Virus record (IMG/VR): IMGVR_UViG_3300046321_000078
DNA: 64,000 nucleotides
Reading direction: 5' to 3' (one strand)
Source: an uncultured virus (IMG/VR IMGVR_UViG_3300046321_000078)
Lineage: Duplodnaviria; Heunggongvirae; Uroviricota; Caudoviricetes
The translations under genes were made by a program, and so were the position numbers. Shown piece after piece: positions 8,600 to 20,100 of this stretch (the stretch's first letter is position 1; each line of letters opens with the position of its first letter). Below the pieces are notes generated by a model, which worked only from the letters and a program-made list of their open reading frames with translations, ran no database searches and was not told where the DNA came from.

Positions 8600-10569
8600 T
8601 ATAGGTCATCCATTCCATTTTTCTCTGCTAATTTCTTTTCTTTTAATTCTTGGAGAAAGTCTTTAAATAATCTTTGTTGTTCAGAAGTCATATCGGAAAT
8701 GTGACCTCTAGCACCGTCCCACATATAATCAAAACGACCAAGCTTCCCCATATTTTGCTTTAAGATAGAGATAGACATGTAACGATCTCTCATGAAATCT
8801 TCAGGACTATAGCCTGGTCTATGAATTCCTATGATAGCCCTAGCATCTTGTTCAATTAGTGACGCACCCTTAATTGATCTGTATGATTTAAATTCATCAG
8901 CAGGGCTGCCCGAAATCTTACTTGGCTGTAATAATAACCCTATACAAGTATCGTGTTTCTTTGCCATATTTGCTAAATTAGATGCTATAAAGCCTGAGTT
9001 AGCAGTAGCATCTGAAAACGGTCCATTCACTTTCTCAAGGTAGTCCACTGCAACCATGGAAATACGCTGACCTATTCGATCTTGATGTCTCTCAATTTCG
9101 TCAGATATTTTGTCAACCGTATAACCGTTCTCAAAACAAAAACCAACATTTTTATAGTCTTCGCTAAATCTCTCTACAGCATCTAAGTATATTTTATCAT
9201 AAGTTCCGTGTAAAATCATATCCTCTAGTTTTTCCAAAGAATACCCTGTATATCTTTGTATAATTTTAGTTCCTAGTAAATCCTTAGACATATCCATAGA
9301 AAAATATAAAACCGGACCGTGATTTTTGGAAGTATTTTCTGCAAATACATTTAAAAATGAAGTCTTACCGGAACCAGGACAACCGAGTACACCAAACAAC
9401 ATACCTTTTGTTAAGATTAAATTCTTATCTAAACTTTCAAGTCCGGTGTAAATTCTATTTTCTTTTAAATGTTTAAGAAAACTTTCAGTAGCATCTTTTA
9501 ATTCAGAAATACTAACAATAGTTGCTGGCTTATCTTTTATTCCGTATCGCTCTTTTGTTTTTATAAGAAGACCATTAGTGTCCTCGGAATACATTCCACC
9601 TTTCCAGTGTTCAGAGAATACACCCTCTACCTCACGCCATACTTCGCTTTTCACATCATCACTAACATCCTGTAAACCCAATCGTCTAGCTCGTAGTCGC
9701 AAAGTAGCCTTGATGTTATTATAAGCAAGCTCCTTGTGCCATCCAAGGCCGAGGTAAGTGGCAGCTAATATCATAACAGCCTCGTGTCGTTCACCTTCTT
9801 CAAAGTAACCCTCACTTAAAGCGTACTTAGCATTTGTGAGTCCTGTTTTATTTTTATTAAAATCAGGTTTATCAGTATTTTCAACCTTTACTTCTTTTTT
9901 CTTTTCTTTCACATTCTTCATGTTAATAATATCAATAGGTAATGGAATACGTTTGTTCATATTCTGATCTACCATATCATAATGGCTATCTGTCAATTCT
10001 TTAGCAGATTCTGCAATTTGTTCCACAGATAGGCTAGAAAGCTCATCTACTGTAAGTGGTATCTTGTATAGTCCGGACTTATTATGTCTCGACAGCGGGG
10101 CTCTAATGACTCGCTGCATATCAGAAATGGACGTATCGTTAGATTCTAAATCACCCGCTAATGTTTTACGGATGCTATTAGCTTCTGTTTGAGAAAAGTC
10201 TTGATCAGTAGTTACTTCAATATGTAAACCTTTTAGGCCAGAAAAATACACGCTAATATTTTCTTTACTAATTCCCTTTTGTGTAAGCCGCCCAATAAGA
10301 GTAAGTGCATCTTGCTTAGCAATTTCAACGTTAGATTTGCTATCAAAATCAAATACTAAAGTATTAGTCTTAATATCAGAAATACCAGCTAAGCTATTTG
10401 ATATCTTGAAATCATCGTAATGCTTCTGATTGTATTTATAAATTGAATAATAATAATCCTGTTTATGATCTTTATTATATAAATTAGATAATTCTGTAAT
10501 TAATTCAGACTCAGGAACTAACTTACGTTTATTGAGTCCTGTAGAAATAGCTTTATACATTTGTGTCAT
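8599..10569 (-). CDS. primase-helicase fusion (AEP-type primase plus DnaB/RecA-type helicase)
   Basis: LVFDFD, YFSGLKGLHI, EGERH; Walker A GCPGSGKT, YFSMDMS, VAVDYL, GASLIEQDA. Confidence 0.88.
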   Translation of the reverse strand: MTQMYKAISTGLNKRKLVPESELITELSNLYNKDHKQDYYYSIYKYNQKHYDDFKISNSLAGISDIKTNTLVFDFDSKSNVEIAKQDALTLIGRLTQKGISKENISVYFSGLKGLHIEVTTDQDFSQTEANSIRKTLAGDLESNDTSISDMQRVIRAPLSRHNKSGLYKIPLTVDELSSLSVEQIAESAKELTDSHYDMVDQNMNKRIPLPIDIINMKNVKEKKKEVKVENTDKPDFNKNKTGLTNAKYALSEGYFEEGERHEAVMILAATYLGLGWHKELAYNNIKATLRLRARRLGLQDVSDDVKSEVWREVEGVFSEHWKGGMYSEDTNGLLIKTKERYGIKDKPATIVSISELKDATESFLKHLKENRIYTGLESLDKNLILTKGMLFGVLGCPGSGKTSFLNVFAENTSKNHGPVLYFSMDMSKDLLGTKIIQRYTGYSLEKLEDMILHGTYDKIYLDAVERFSEDYKNVGFCFENGYTVDKISDEIERHQDRIGQRISMVAVDYLEKVNGPFSDATANSGFIASNLANMAKKHDTCIGLLLQPSKISGSPADEFKSYRSIKGASLIEQDARAIIGIHRPGYSPEDFMRDRYMSISILKQNMGKLGRFDYMWDGARGHISDMTSEQQRLFKDFLQELKEKKLAEKNGMDDL

Positions 10570-10751
10570 GTTGTCTCCTCAACGTGAATTATTAATTTCC
10601 TGAAATATTATGTTGATAATTATCTCTCATTTGCTGATTTAAATATACACCATCTTTAAATCTTGAACATATCAATCCATAAATAGCACCAAATCCAACT
10701 ATAGGTAGTGTAATGCATACTAATACCAGATAAAGTATTGAAGATATAATT

Positions 10752-11192
10752 TTATTTAACATACTTATCCTTATCTGCTTGTAATCTATCGTCCATCTCT
10801 GGATGTGTTTTTAAATTATAGATAGCCATTGCTAAACTTGCCATAGCATGTCCTAAATGAGTCGTAGTTCCCGTCTCTCCATCAATAGTCTGACCATCTA
10901 TATGTTGATAAATATGCCGTATTGCTGCTGCCAACTGTCTACTTACTAACATACCGCTATTTCTAAAATTATTTTTTTGGTATTTTTTCTGTCCGTAAGT
11001 AAATGCTGCGCCCATTTGCCACATCGCTTCTAATGGAATATCCGTTAAGTCAGGCTTACCGATGTCAGCTTTTACTGATACTTCACTTCTAGGAGTAGCA
11101 CGTAACGTATCTGCTAAAGATAATACATCTGTTGTTTGTTTTTTACTCACTTCATCTCCTATTAAAATGGAATTGGAATGGCCTGTCTCCAA
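10752..11192 (-). CDS. dATP/dGTP diphosphohydrolase domain protein (DUF5664-like)
   Basis: KADIGKP..IP...FTYGQKKY..NNFR..AAIRH...D.ETG..HLGHA. Confidence 0.85.
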   Translation of the reverse strand: METGHSNSILIGDEVSKKQTTDVLSLADTLRATPRSEVSVKADIGKPDLTDIPLEAMWQMGAAFTYGQKKYQKNNFRNSGMLVSRQLAAAIRHIYQHIDGQTIDGETGTTTHLGHAMASLAMAIYNLKTHPEMDDRLQADKDKYVK

Positions 11193-11437
11193 TAATTTTG
11201 TATAGTCTTCTTTGTTTGTTTTATCTTAAACTCATTATCGTCCGTAATAGGCTCACTATCGAGATAATTCAAGGTATCCTCGTACAAACCTATAAACTCC
11301 ATAAAAGTATCATATTGAATAGCCAAGGCTTGCACCCTAGCTGATTCTGGAATAATAGGACACGTCAATTTAGCATTCAACTCAGTCAATTTACTATTAA
11401 GTTCTTTGAGCTTATCTAAGCTTTTATCAGTGTCCAT
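11162..11437 (-). CDS. hypothetical protein
   Basis: AGGAGA RBS. Confidence 0.55.
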   Translation of the reverse strand: MDTDKSLDKLKELNSKLTELNAKLTCPIIPESARVQALAIQYDTFMEFIGLYEDTLNYLDSEPITDDNEFKIKQTKKTIQNYWRQAIPIPF

Positions 11438-11446
11438 TATATCTCC

Positions 11447-12274
11447 TTATTTAATATCTAAAATGTAACCACGAATCTTCAGCATGTCATCATTCCACTT
11501 GTTAGTTTTCTTTAGACGATCCATAACATTCTGTTGAATATCCGAACCAAAGGTATTAAATCCACCGATTACCTCTAAGTGAACAACGCCATCGGCTAAT
11601 CCTAATGCTAAAGCTTCTGGAGTCTCTACCCAAATATTATCAGATACCATTCGTTTGAATTTATTATATTCAATACCTGATCTTTTAGCAACATCAGCAT
11701 CCATACGATCAACGTATAATTTATACATCTTAATGAGTTCCAGCATGTTTTCAATTGTACCCTGAGCCCCCCCTGATGCGGGATGCGCCATTAAGATTGC
11801 CTTCTCAGTCATTAACCTACGACTACCTAGTTCAAACAACTGGAACGCCATAGACGCGCATAAGTTGTCACAAACTGTAATAATATTCTTACCTGAGTTC
11901 TTAATATACTCACCCAACCTCGCACCAGCTAAGACGCTACCACCTGGACTACTCAAAACTAAGTATACAGTCTTACTTGAAGTAGCCTGTAACATAGCAA
12001 TAGCAATATCGACAGACTCTTCCATTACTGGAACATTAAATAATACTATAGAGTTATTTGTTGTTCTAATATTTTCAACTTTAAACGATTGAGCTTTAAT
12101 GACTACATCATTCGTAGGTGAGTTTACCGTTGTTGTTACCGCTGAAGTCAGATCGGCAGGTGTCGTTGTTACTGTAGACTTAGTGGTTGTGTCTGTAGTC
12201 CAACTACGCACTCCTACAGATACTCCGGTAACTAGAACAATTGTCAGGGCTAGATAGATAAATCCTTTTTTCAA
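11447..12274 (-). CDS. ClpP-family serine protease with an N-terminal membrane anchor/signal and Thr-rich linker
   Basis: SSPGGSV, CASMA (Ser), LMAHP (His), DNIW...EALALGLAD; TTG start with AAGGAG RBS. Confidence 0.85.
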   Translation of the reverse strand: MKKGFIYLALTIVLVTGVSVGVRSWTTDTTTKSTVTTTPADLTSAVTTTVNSPTNDVVIKAQSFKVENIRTTNNSIVLFNVPVMEESVDIAIAMLQATSSKTVYLVLSSPGGSVLAGARLGEYIKNSGKNIITVCDNLCASMAFQLFELGSRRLMTEKAILMAHPASGGAQGTIENMLELIKMYKLYVDRMDADVAKRSGIEYNKFKRMVSDNIWVETPEALALGLADGVVHLEVIGGFNTFGSDIQQNVMDRLKKTNKWNDDMLKIRGYILDIK

Positions 12275-12287
12275 AATAACTCCTTTG

Positions 12288-12557
12288 TTATTGGTTACGA
12301 TTAGTTAAACACAATTCTTCTAATTTGTCAACAAAATTATACAATACTGCTATTTTATATAAACTTTTTACTGAGATATATCTACTACCAATATTTAGTC
12401 CTACAACTTTAGCTTCCTGAATGGAAGAAGATTGCAAATTCCTCACGTGTAAATATCTAGGACCATAATACTGACCCAGATCTTCATATTTGAAAATAAA
12501 CATCACATTACACTCTATATTAATCTTATACACGCTCCACCTCTGTAATGTACTCAT
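12288..12557 (-). CDS. hypothetical protein
   Basis: Overlap coupling. Confidence 0.45.
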   Translation of the reverse strand: MSTLQRWSVYKINIECNVMFIFKYEDLGQYYGPRYLHVRNLQSSSIQEAKVVGLNIGSRYISVKSLYKIAVLYNFVDKLEELCLTNRNQ

Positions 12558-12738
12558 AAGGAATTCCTAATAATACTAAAGCTTTGATATATGTTTTAAA
12601 ATCTTTGTATTGTATACTATTTGAAAAAGGTTCATCCTTCGTAAAAGTATCTGAAACTCCATCGGATCTTATTAGTCTGTAAGTATATGAAGATACTTTA
12701 AATCTAATAATGGTAAAATCTTGCTGAATCCAATACAT
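12526..12738 (-). CDS. hypothetical protein, first gene of the leftward early unit
   Basis: Directly after a sigma70 promoter. Confidence 0.5.
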   Translation of the reverse strand: MYWIQQDFTIIRFKVSSYTYRLIRSDGVSDTFTKDEPFSNSIQYKDFKTYIKALVLLGIPYEYITEVERV

Positions 12739-12740
12739 AT

Positions 12741-12775
12741 TAACATATATTAATAGATAGTAAGTGATATGTCAA
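12741..12775. promoter_or_regulatory. overlapping control region: leftward sigma70 TTGACA-17-TAATAT (12775-12747) over a rightward TAACATATATT motif (12741-12751)
   Basis: Sits at the strand switch between early and virion modules. Confidence 0.65.
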
Positions 12776-12858
12776 GTGTTATTTGGTGTTACCAAGAAGC
12801 TTTTTAAGCAAATTAGACACAGTACAGCATAAGTTATCTACAACTATTAAGGATTATT

Positions 12859-13131
12859 ATGGAATATATTAAAAAAACTAATGTTCCTATGTTGCTTCTT
12901 TGTCTTGTTGCTGTCCGTATGTTATTTAGCGATGCTTCTATAGCGTTAGCTATTTTTGGACTAGCTACTACAGGATTATATGCTTATAAGATGTACTTAA
13001 ATTCTAAAGTTACAGAGCCTTTATCAGACGAAGTTAAGCAAGAACTTAGTGAAATGCGTAGTATTATATCAAATGTTTCAGTTAAAGCTGGATTTAAGCC
13101 TTCAGTTAAAGAAAATCAAAGGTATTTCTAA
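12859..13131 (+). CDS. two-TM membrane protein at the head of the late operon
   Basis: Two hydrophobic helices; AAGGA RBS. Confidence 0.6.
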   Translation: MEYIKKTNVPMLLLCLVAVRMLFSDASIALAIFGLATTGLYAYKMYLNSKVTEPLSDEVKQELSEMRSIISNVSVKAGFKPSVKENQRYF

Positions 13132-13544
13132 TGGCCGACATTATATCTATTGAAGAGCTGAGACGAGAGTTCTTAGCTAAATCAAAACCCGCTGATATAA
13201 AAGAATTTGTACACAAACAACAAGAACTTCTTGAGAAGTATATTCGTATGTCTCAAGATTTAGAGAAGCAGTTAAATCATGCTAATGAAATAATTAAAAC
13301 GATGGGTAGCCCACTTCTTATTGGTAATACAAATAATAATGACCAAGAATCTATTTGTGTAGAACAAATTAAAATATTAAAAGAACGTTCTCAAACAAGA
13401 GAATTAGACATTAATGAGGTTAAGAAATTAGATTTACTTATTAAAAATATCAGACTTATTAGATCTCAACCTACCGAAAATTCTAACACAACAGTAAGAG
13501 ATGTCTCTGAGACAGATTTATTGATTGCTGCTAGAGGTGAATAA
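13131..13544 (+). CDS. probable terminase small subunit
   Basis: Position only: helical 137-aa ORF coupled to terL. Confidence 0.45.
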   Translation: MADIISIEELRREFLAKSKPADIKEFVHKQQELLEKYIRMSQDLEKQLNHANEIIKTMGSPLLIGNTNNNDQESICVEQIKILKERSQTRELDINEVKKLDLLIKNIRLIRSQPTENSNTTVRDVSETDLLIAARGE

Positions 13545-15058
13545 TGTCTTCTCCTATTGCTCCTAGAAAGTTAACTAAAACTGAGGCTATTGCTAAGCTT
13601 TGGGATATGGGTAATCTTACTTATAAGATGCACTCAGCTCAAGTTGACATGTATAAACGTATTCAAGAAGGTGATGATATCATTCGAGTCATTGCATGTT
13701 CTCGCGGTTGGGGTAAATCGTTTGCTCTACTCACTATCGCGTTTGAAACATGTCTTAATAAACCAAATGCCATTGTTAAGTACGCGGCTCCTACTGCTAA
13801 GGATTTAAAATCTATTGTCATGGATAACTATAAAAAGGTTATGGAAGATTGTCCTAAGAAGTATGCTGATAAAATTAAATGGAAAGTACAAGAGAATAAA
13901 ATTGTATTTGAACATAACGGTAGTGAAATACATTTAGCCGGTGTTGAAAAAGGTAACTTCGAGAAACTTCGGGGAGCTACAGCAGACTTGTGTATTATCG
14001 ACGAGGCTGGCTTCTGTGATAAGTTAGACTATATTGTGAAGTCTGTAATGTTCCCAATGATTGCTCGTGGTAAAGGTGATATTAGAGCTAAACGTATAGT
14101 AATGGCATCAACTCCTTCTAAGAGTAATGATCATGATTTTATTAGTTACATGCGTGACTATGAGTTTAAGGAAAAATTAGTTAAGTATACGATTCATGAA
14201 AATCCTTTAATGGAATTCCAAGCTAAAAATTCAGGATTTGCTACTACTCAAGCTTTTATTGATACAGTTATTCTTGCTCCTTACCCTGACGGGGTAAATT
14301 CCACAGCTTATATGCGTGAGTTTTTGTGCATTATAATTAACGAAGACGACGATGCTGTTATTCCTGAATTTAGTAAAAAAGAAGTTCAAGATTTAGTCAT
14401 CAGAGAGTGGGCAGAACCTCTTTATTATGACATTTATATTGCAATGGATATAGGTTTTACTGATTTAACCGTTGCTTTATTTGGATACTATGACTTTCAA
14501 AATGCTAAGCTTGTCATTAAAGATGAATTAGTATTATCGGGTACTAAAATGCTCACAGACAACTTAGCACTTGAAATAAAAATGAAAGAGTCAACTAACT
14601 TCTACAATAAATATACGGGAGAAGGTTTAAAGCCTTACCTTCGCATTGCTGATAATAATAATCCAATTCTTCTACAAGATTTATCTATTAAGCATGATCT
14701 ACATTTTAATGCTACCGATAAAGACAATAAAGAGGCAGCATTAAATAATATGCGTATGATGTTGAAGTCGGGTAAGATAGTCATTGATCCTAAGTGTAAG
14801 GTGTTAATATCACACTTAAAAGGTGCAGTTTGGAATGCAGCAAGAACTAGTTACGCTCGGAGTCCAGATAAAGGACATTACGATGCATGCGATGCACTTG
14901 TGTACCTATGTCGTAATATTAACTTCCAAAGAAATCCATTCCCAAACAATAGTTATAGTCCCTCTAATCACTATATTAACCCAACAACTAATAACGCCGA
15001 GACTCCAGCAGAGAAGGCTATTATGGGTATGAAGTTAGGTATTAAACGTCGTAGGTAA
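13544..15058 (+). CDS. terL: terminase large subunit
   Basis: SRGWGKS Walker A, IIDEAG Walker B, ASTP, AMDIGFTD nuclease motif, GHYDACDAL. Confidence 0.93.
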   Translation: MSSPIAPRKLTKTEAIAKLWDMGNLTYKMHSAQVDMYKRIQEGDDIIRVIACSRGWGKSFALLTIAFETCLNKPNAIVKYAAPTAKDLKSIVMDNYKKVMEDCPKKYADKIKWKVQENKIVFEHNGSEIHLAGVEKGNFEKLRGATADLCIIDEAGFCDKLDYIVKSVMFPMIARGKGDIRAKRIVMASTPSKSNDHDFISYMRDYEFKEKLVKYTIHENPLMEFQAKNSGFATTQAFIDTVILAPYPDGVNSTAYMREFLCIIINEDDDAVIPEFSKKEVQDLVIREWAEPLYYDIYIAMDIGFTDLTVALFGYYDFQNAKLVIKDELVLSGTKMLTDNLALEIKMKESTNFYNKYTGEGLKPYLRIADNNNPILLQDLSIKHDLHFNATDKDNKEAALNNMRMMLKSGKIVIDPKCKVLISHLKGAVWNAARTSYARSPDKGHYDACDALVYLCRNINFQRNPFPNNSYSPSNHYINPTTNNAETPAEKAIMGMKLGIKRRR

Positions 15059-15069
15059 CATACGGCATT

Positions 15070-15080
15070 TAACATATATT
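15070..15080 (+). promoter_or_regulatory. TAACATATATT repeated motif (candidate late promoter)
   Basis: One of nine intergenic + strand copies; upstream of portal. Confidence 0.7.
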
Positions 15081-15100
15081 ATTATAGGATGTGGTAATAT

Positions 15101-17107
15101 ATGTCAGAGAATCAATATTTTGCTGCCCAAGAATCAAAGAAAACAGCAACCGATTTATTACGTAGAGCAAACGACTGGTATCAAGGGTTATATTCTAATA
15201 ACTATTTTGACACTATCCAACGGTCTTTTTTAGCATATCACGGTTTGTTTGGTGGTCAAGACGGTCATAAGATCACTTTTGGCGGTGAACAAGGTGAATT
15301 GACTAATATTGACATTAACCACTATGCAAATATAGCTCAACATATGCATGTTATGATTACGGCTAATAAGCCAGCATTCGTAGCTAAAGCAACAAACTCA
15401 GATAACAAATCTATCATCCAATCAAAATTAGCCAGTTCACTACTTGAGTACTACATGAGAGATAAGAACTTAGAGAAGTATTTATCAAAAGCAGTTGAAT
15501 ATGCTCTTATTTTAGGTAGCGGTTACATCAAAATGGAGTGGAATGCTACTCGTGGTGAAGTTTATGAAGTTGATCAAGAAACTGGTGCTCCTATTCATGC
15601 TGGTGATGTAGAATTTAAAAATCTTACTCCTTTCAATATTATGTTTGATACGTCTCGTACATCAGAAGAGCATGACTGGGTATTATGTCGTACATTTAAA
15701 AATAAGCATGATCTAGCTGCTAAATATCCAGACTTAGCTGATAAGATAAAAGCTTTGTCCCCTGCTAGTGAGTATTTCAATGCTGGTATGGATATGTTCT
15801 CTGGTACTAAATCTGATGACGTTCCAGTTTACGAATTTATTCATAATAAAACTGAAGCATTACCTGATGGTAGGTATTTATTATTTTTAGATAATGATAT
15901 TGTTCTTATTGATCAAGCTAATCCTTATCCAGAACTTCCGGTATTTAGAATCGCAGCTCGTGATGTCATGGGTACATCTTTTGGATATTCTCCGATGTTC
16001 GCATTATTACCAGTACAAGACGCTTTAAATGCTACGTACTCAGCAATTCTATCGAATCAGTCCGCATTTGGTGTTCAATCAATCTTCGTAAAAGAAGGTA
16101 GTAATATTAAGCCTAAGTCTTTAGAGGGCGGTATGAACATCATAGAAGGTCGTGAGAAGCCTGAACCGATTAACTTCACAAACACACCAGCTGAAGTATT
16201 CAACTTCGCCAAAGCCTTAGAAACTCAAATGGAGACTATATCAGGTATATCTTCAGTTACTCGAGGTAATCCAGAAGCGTCTTTACGTTCTGGTACGGCA
16301 TTAGCGATGGTTCAGTCCACATCTTTACAATATATGTCAGGACTTCAACAGCAGTATTCTCGCTTAATGGAAGATGTCGGCACAGGTTTAATTAACTTAC
16401 TTAAAGCATTCGCACACACTCCGCGTATTGTAATGCTTGCTGGTATTGCTAATAAAAATTATATTGAAAAAGAATTTACATCTGATGATTTAATTAATAT
16501 TAATCGTATCACAGTAGAAGTAGCCAATCCATTATCACAAACACACGCAGGCCGTCTACAGATTGCATCAGACTTAATGCAGTATGGATTAGTTAAATCC
16601 CCAGAAGAGTACATGACTGTTTTAACTTCTGGACGATTAGATACTATTATTGATCCGGTAATGAGACATACTAATTTATCTAGATCTGAAAATGAGAAGA
16701 TGACCTTAGGTATTCCAGTTAGAGCTATCGCTTTAGATGATCATGCTTTACATATTAAAGAACATCAGTCTGTTATTGCTGATCCGGATTTAAGAGATGG
16801 TCCAGTAGCCGATTTAGTTTATCAGCATATTTTAGAACATGTTGATTTAATGAAAAATACAGATCCTGGATTGTTAAGTATATTAGGAATTCCTAGTTTA
16901 CAGCAACCTCCAATGCCTCCAGAACAACAAGTTCTAGAAGGTGATGTAACGCAGTCTCAAGAACAAGGACCTGCTAGTCAGGCTCCTATGGGTGCTGACG
17001 GTATGAATGTTCCAGATCCCGCTCAAGTCCCTGCGAGTTTTATCGGATCTGAAAGTCAGCAGCAAGCACAAGAAGCATCTCAAGGTAATGTTAATTTTAA
17101 TAAATAG
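15101..17107 (+). CDS. portal protein (P22-like)
   Basis: Follows terL; G.GYIK..W, ME.ISGIS...RG...SGTAL; Gln/Pro-rich tail. Confidence 0.88.
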   Translation: MSENQYFAAQESKKTATDLLRRANDWYQGLYSNNYFDTIQRSFLAYHGLFGGQDGHKITFGGEQGELTNIDINHYANIAQHMHVMITANKPAFVAKATNSDNKSIIQSKLASSLLEYYMRDKNLEKYLSKAVEYALILGSGYIKMEWNATRGEVYEVDQETGAPIHAGDVEFKNLTPFNIMFDTSRTSEEHDWVLCRTFKNKHDLAAKYPDLADKIKALSPASEYFNAGMDMFSGTKSDDVPVYEFIHNKTEALPDGRYLLFLDNDIVLIDQANPYPELPVFRIAARDVMGTSFGYSPMFALLPVQDALNATYSAILSNQSAFGVQSIFVKEGSNIKPKSLEGGMNIIEGREKPEPINFTNTPAEVFNFAKALETQMETISGISSVTRGNPEASLRSGTALAMVQSTSLQYMSGLQQQYSRLMEDVGTGLINLLKAFAHTPRIVMLAGIANKNYIEKEFTSDDLININRITVEVANPLSQTHAGRLQIASDLMQYGLVKSPEEYMTVLTSGRLDTIIDPVMRHTNLSRSENEKMTLGIPVRAIALDDHALHIKEHQSVIADPDLRDGPVADLVYQHILEHVDLMKNTDPGLLSILGIPSLQQPPMPPEQQVLEGDVTQSQEQGPASQAPMGADGMNVPDPAQVPASFIGSESQQQAQEASQGNVNFNK

Positions 17108-17115
17108 AGGTACTA

Positions 17116-20100
17116 ATGTCTAATCCAGGTAAATATCTAAATTTAGAAAACATAATTCGTAAAGTATTTGACCATACTACAGATTCTTTACGTATGTCAA
17201 ACTCTGGAGCACCTGTTGGTATTATTATCAGCTCATCTGATGATAGTATCGCTATTGGTAACGTTGCGGGGGATTTACTCACTATAAATCCAGATGGCTC
17301 TTTAAATAGTAATATTAATGGCGTGACCCCGGTACTAGGTAGAATTCCTGTAGACATCGGCGGAGCTACTGTCAACATTACAGGACCTGTAAATATCACA
17401 AATGAAGTTGAGATAAAAAATGATGCAGGAAGTCCAATTCCGATCAATGGTACAGTTACTGTTACTGGTGTTTCAACACTTGCTGAACAACAATCTCAAA
17501 CTACTAAATTAAATACTATTGATTCTAGTCTGGTAAATATAGATACTAATACTCTTGATATTTATTCAGAAACACAAACTCACACTGGTATTTTAAATTC
17601 TATAGATAGTAAGTTAACTTCACCTTTAAGTATTACAGGCTCTACTGTAGCTTTAGACGCTACAACATTAGCAGCGTTAGAGAATACTAACGTTACTATC
17701 AGTAATGCTTCTATTGCTGTTACGGGACCTTTGACTGACACTCAATTAAGAGCTTCTGCCGTTCCTGTATCTGTATCAGGTGTCTCAACTTTAGCTGAGC
17801 AGCAAACACAAACGACATCATTACAATCAATTGACACGCAGGTAGGATCATTACTTACAGAGCTACAATTAAAAGCCGATTTGACAGAAACTCAACCCGT
17901 GTCATTAGCTTCTATACCGCTGCCAACGGGTGCAGCAACTAGTGCTAATCAGGTAACCACCAATTCTAGTTTGTCATCTATTGATACTAAATTAAATAAT
18001 TTAGATATTAGAGATTTAGTTTTTGCTACAGATAAAGTTGATGCAACCGGATCTATTGTTGGTCTAGACGCTACTTCTTTAGCCGCACTTGAAAATATTA
18101 CTGCAACAGTTTCTGGTGATATAAATTTAAGTACATCAACTCTAGCTGCGTTAGAAAATGTAAGTATTGATAACTTTCCGGCTTCGCAAGCGGTCACCGG
18201 TTCTTTCTTAACAGATGCACAACTTAGAGCTTCGGCTGTTCCAGTAAGCGGTTCAGTTTCAGTTACTGGAGTCGCAACTGCTGCTAATCAAGCAACAGAA
18301 ATAGCATCTTTAAATTCAATTGATACAAAAACTCCAGCATTAGGTCAAGCTTTAGCTGCTGCGTCTACACCTGTCGTACTAACAGCAGCACAAGTTTCAA
18401 CTTTAACACCACTATCTACCGTTACTGCTAATATTGGAACAACAAACGGTTTAGCTTTAGATACATCTGTGAATACGTTATTGAAACCTGCATCAACTTT
18501 GTCGGCAGTTACAACGTTAGGCTCTATTACAAATACTGTGGTTATCAAAGCTGATACATTAGTTAATCAAACTAACGCACTAAAAGTTGATGGTTCCGCA
18601 GTAACTCAGCCTATTTCTGGAAATGTAGGAATTACTGGTACACCTAACGTCAATGTAACAAATGCATCTTTAGCTATTACAGCAGCGTCTTTACCACTTC
18701 CGGCAAGTGCTTCTACCAGTGCTCTTCAAACAACAGGCAACAGTAGCTTATCTTCTATTGATTCTAAAATTCCAACAGGATTAACAGTCACAACTGGAAG
18801 ACTACAAGTTGAGTTACCTTCTGGAAGTGGTGGACTAACTGATGCAGAACTTCGAGCTACACCTGTTGCTGTTTCTTTATCGGGAGTTTCTACTTTATTA
18901 GAACAGCAATCTCAAACTACATTACTAACATCAATTGATACAGAAGTTCAGTCAATAAACGCTAGTTTAGACACACAATTGAGTAATGTCGCCACAGAAG
19001 CAACGTTAGCAGCCTTAGATACTAAAATTACAACAACAAATGTTAAATTAGATAGTTTGTTAACGGAATTACAACTAAAGGCTGATTTATCTGAGACTCA
19101 ACCCGTATCTGTATCAGGAGTAGCAACATCTGCTCTACAAACAGCAGGCAATGCTTCTTTATCTTCTATTGATACAAAACTTACATCACCGCTAACTACC
19201 GATTTATCTGCATCCACTCTAGCTGCTCTGGAGAATATATCTGTTAATAATTTTCCAGTTAATCAGAATGTTACTGTTACTTCTACGGTAGGTTTGACAG
19301 ATGTAGAATTAAGAGCTTCTGATATATCTACAATAGCTAAGAATGAACTGTATGCTTCATTTTCTCCAGACCCTTCAAATATATCAACAGGTACATTCTT
19401 CGCTCCAGCTATGGATGCCAGAGGTCGAGTTGAGACACATTCTACAGTTCTTACTGACGAAGGTTCTTTCCGCGATGATTTCATTGGAGCATCTTTAACT
19501 AGCACTATAACAGGAACTGCGTCTTTCATTAATGGAAGTACTCAATTGTTAGGTGTTGGCACTCTATTCTCTACTGAAATAAAAGCAGGTCAGTACCTTA
19601 AAAAAACAACAGATAGCGAAACTTTATACGTAAAAGTATCTGCTATCATAAGCGATACCGAAGTCGAGTTAGTTAGTGCATATACTGGAACTACTGCTAC
19701 CTCAGCATTACACGTATCTAACTGGATAACATCAACAGGAACTGGTTCCATTTCTATAGTAAACTCAGAAATGGTAGTCGGTTCTGGAACTGCTATTAAT
19801 ACTACAATTATTGAGAGAACCGCTGACTATGGTCCGTTAAATTTAGCATTTAAAGCTACTATTTCTCAACGTATAGCAAATCAAACTATTATTTTAGGCT
19901 TGAGAGACAACGTTGCTTCTCCCGTTTTTAGAGCTGAGTTTGTATTTACCGGAACAAATAGTAGTTCAATTACTTGTATAAGCTCATCAGGCACTACTGC
20001 TAATGATGTACAGACAACTATAATTACATTACCTAATGGTGTAAGTACTATAATGTCTAATAGATACCAGGTATTTTTATCTAACGATAGAGTATCTTTC

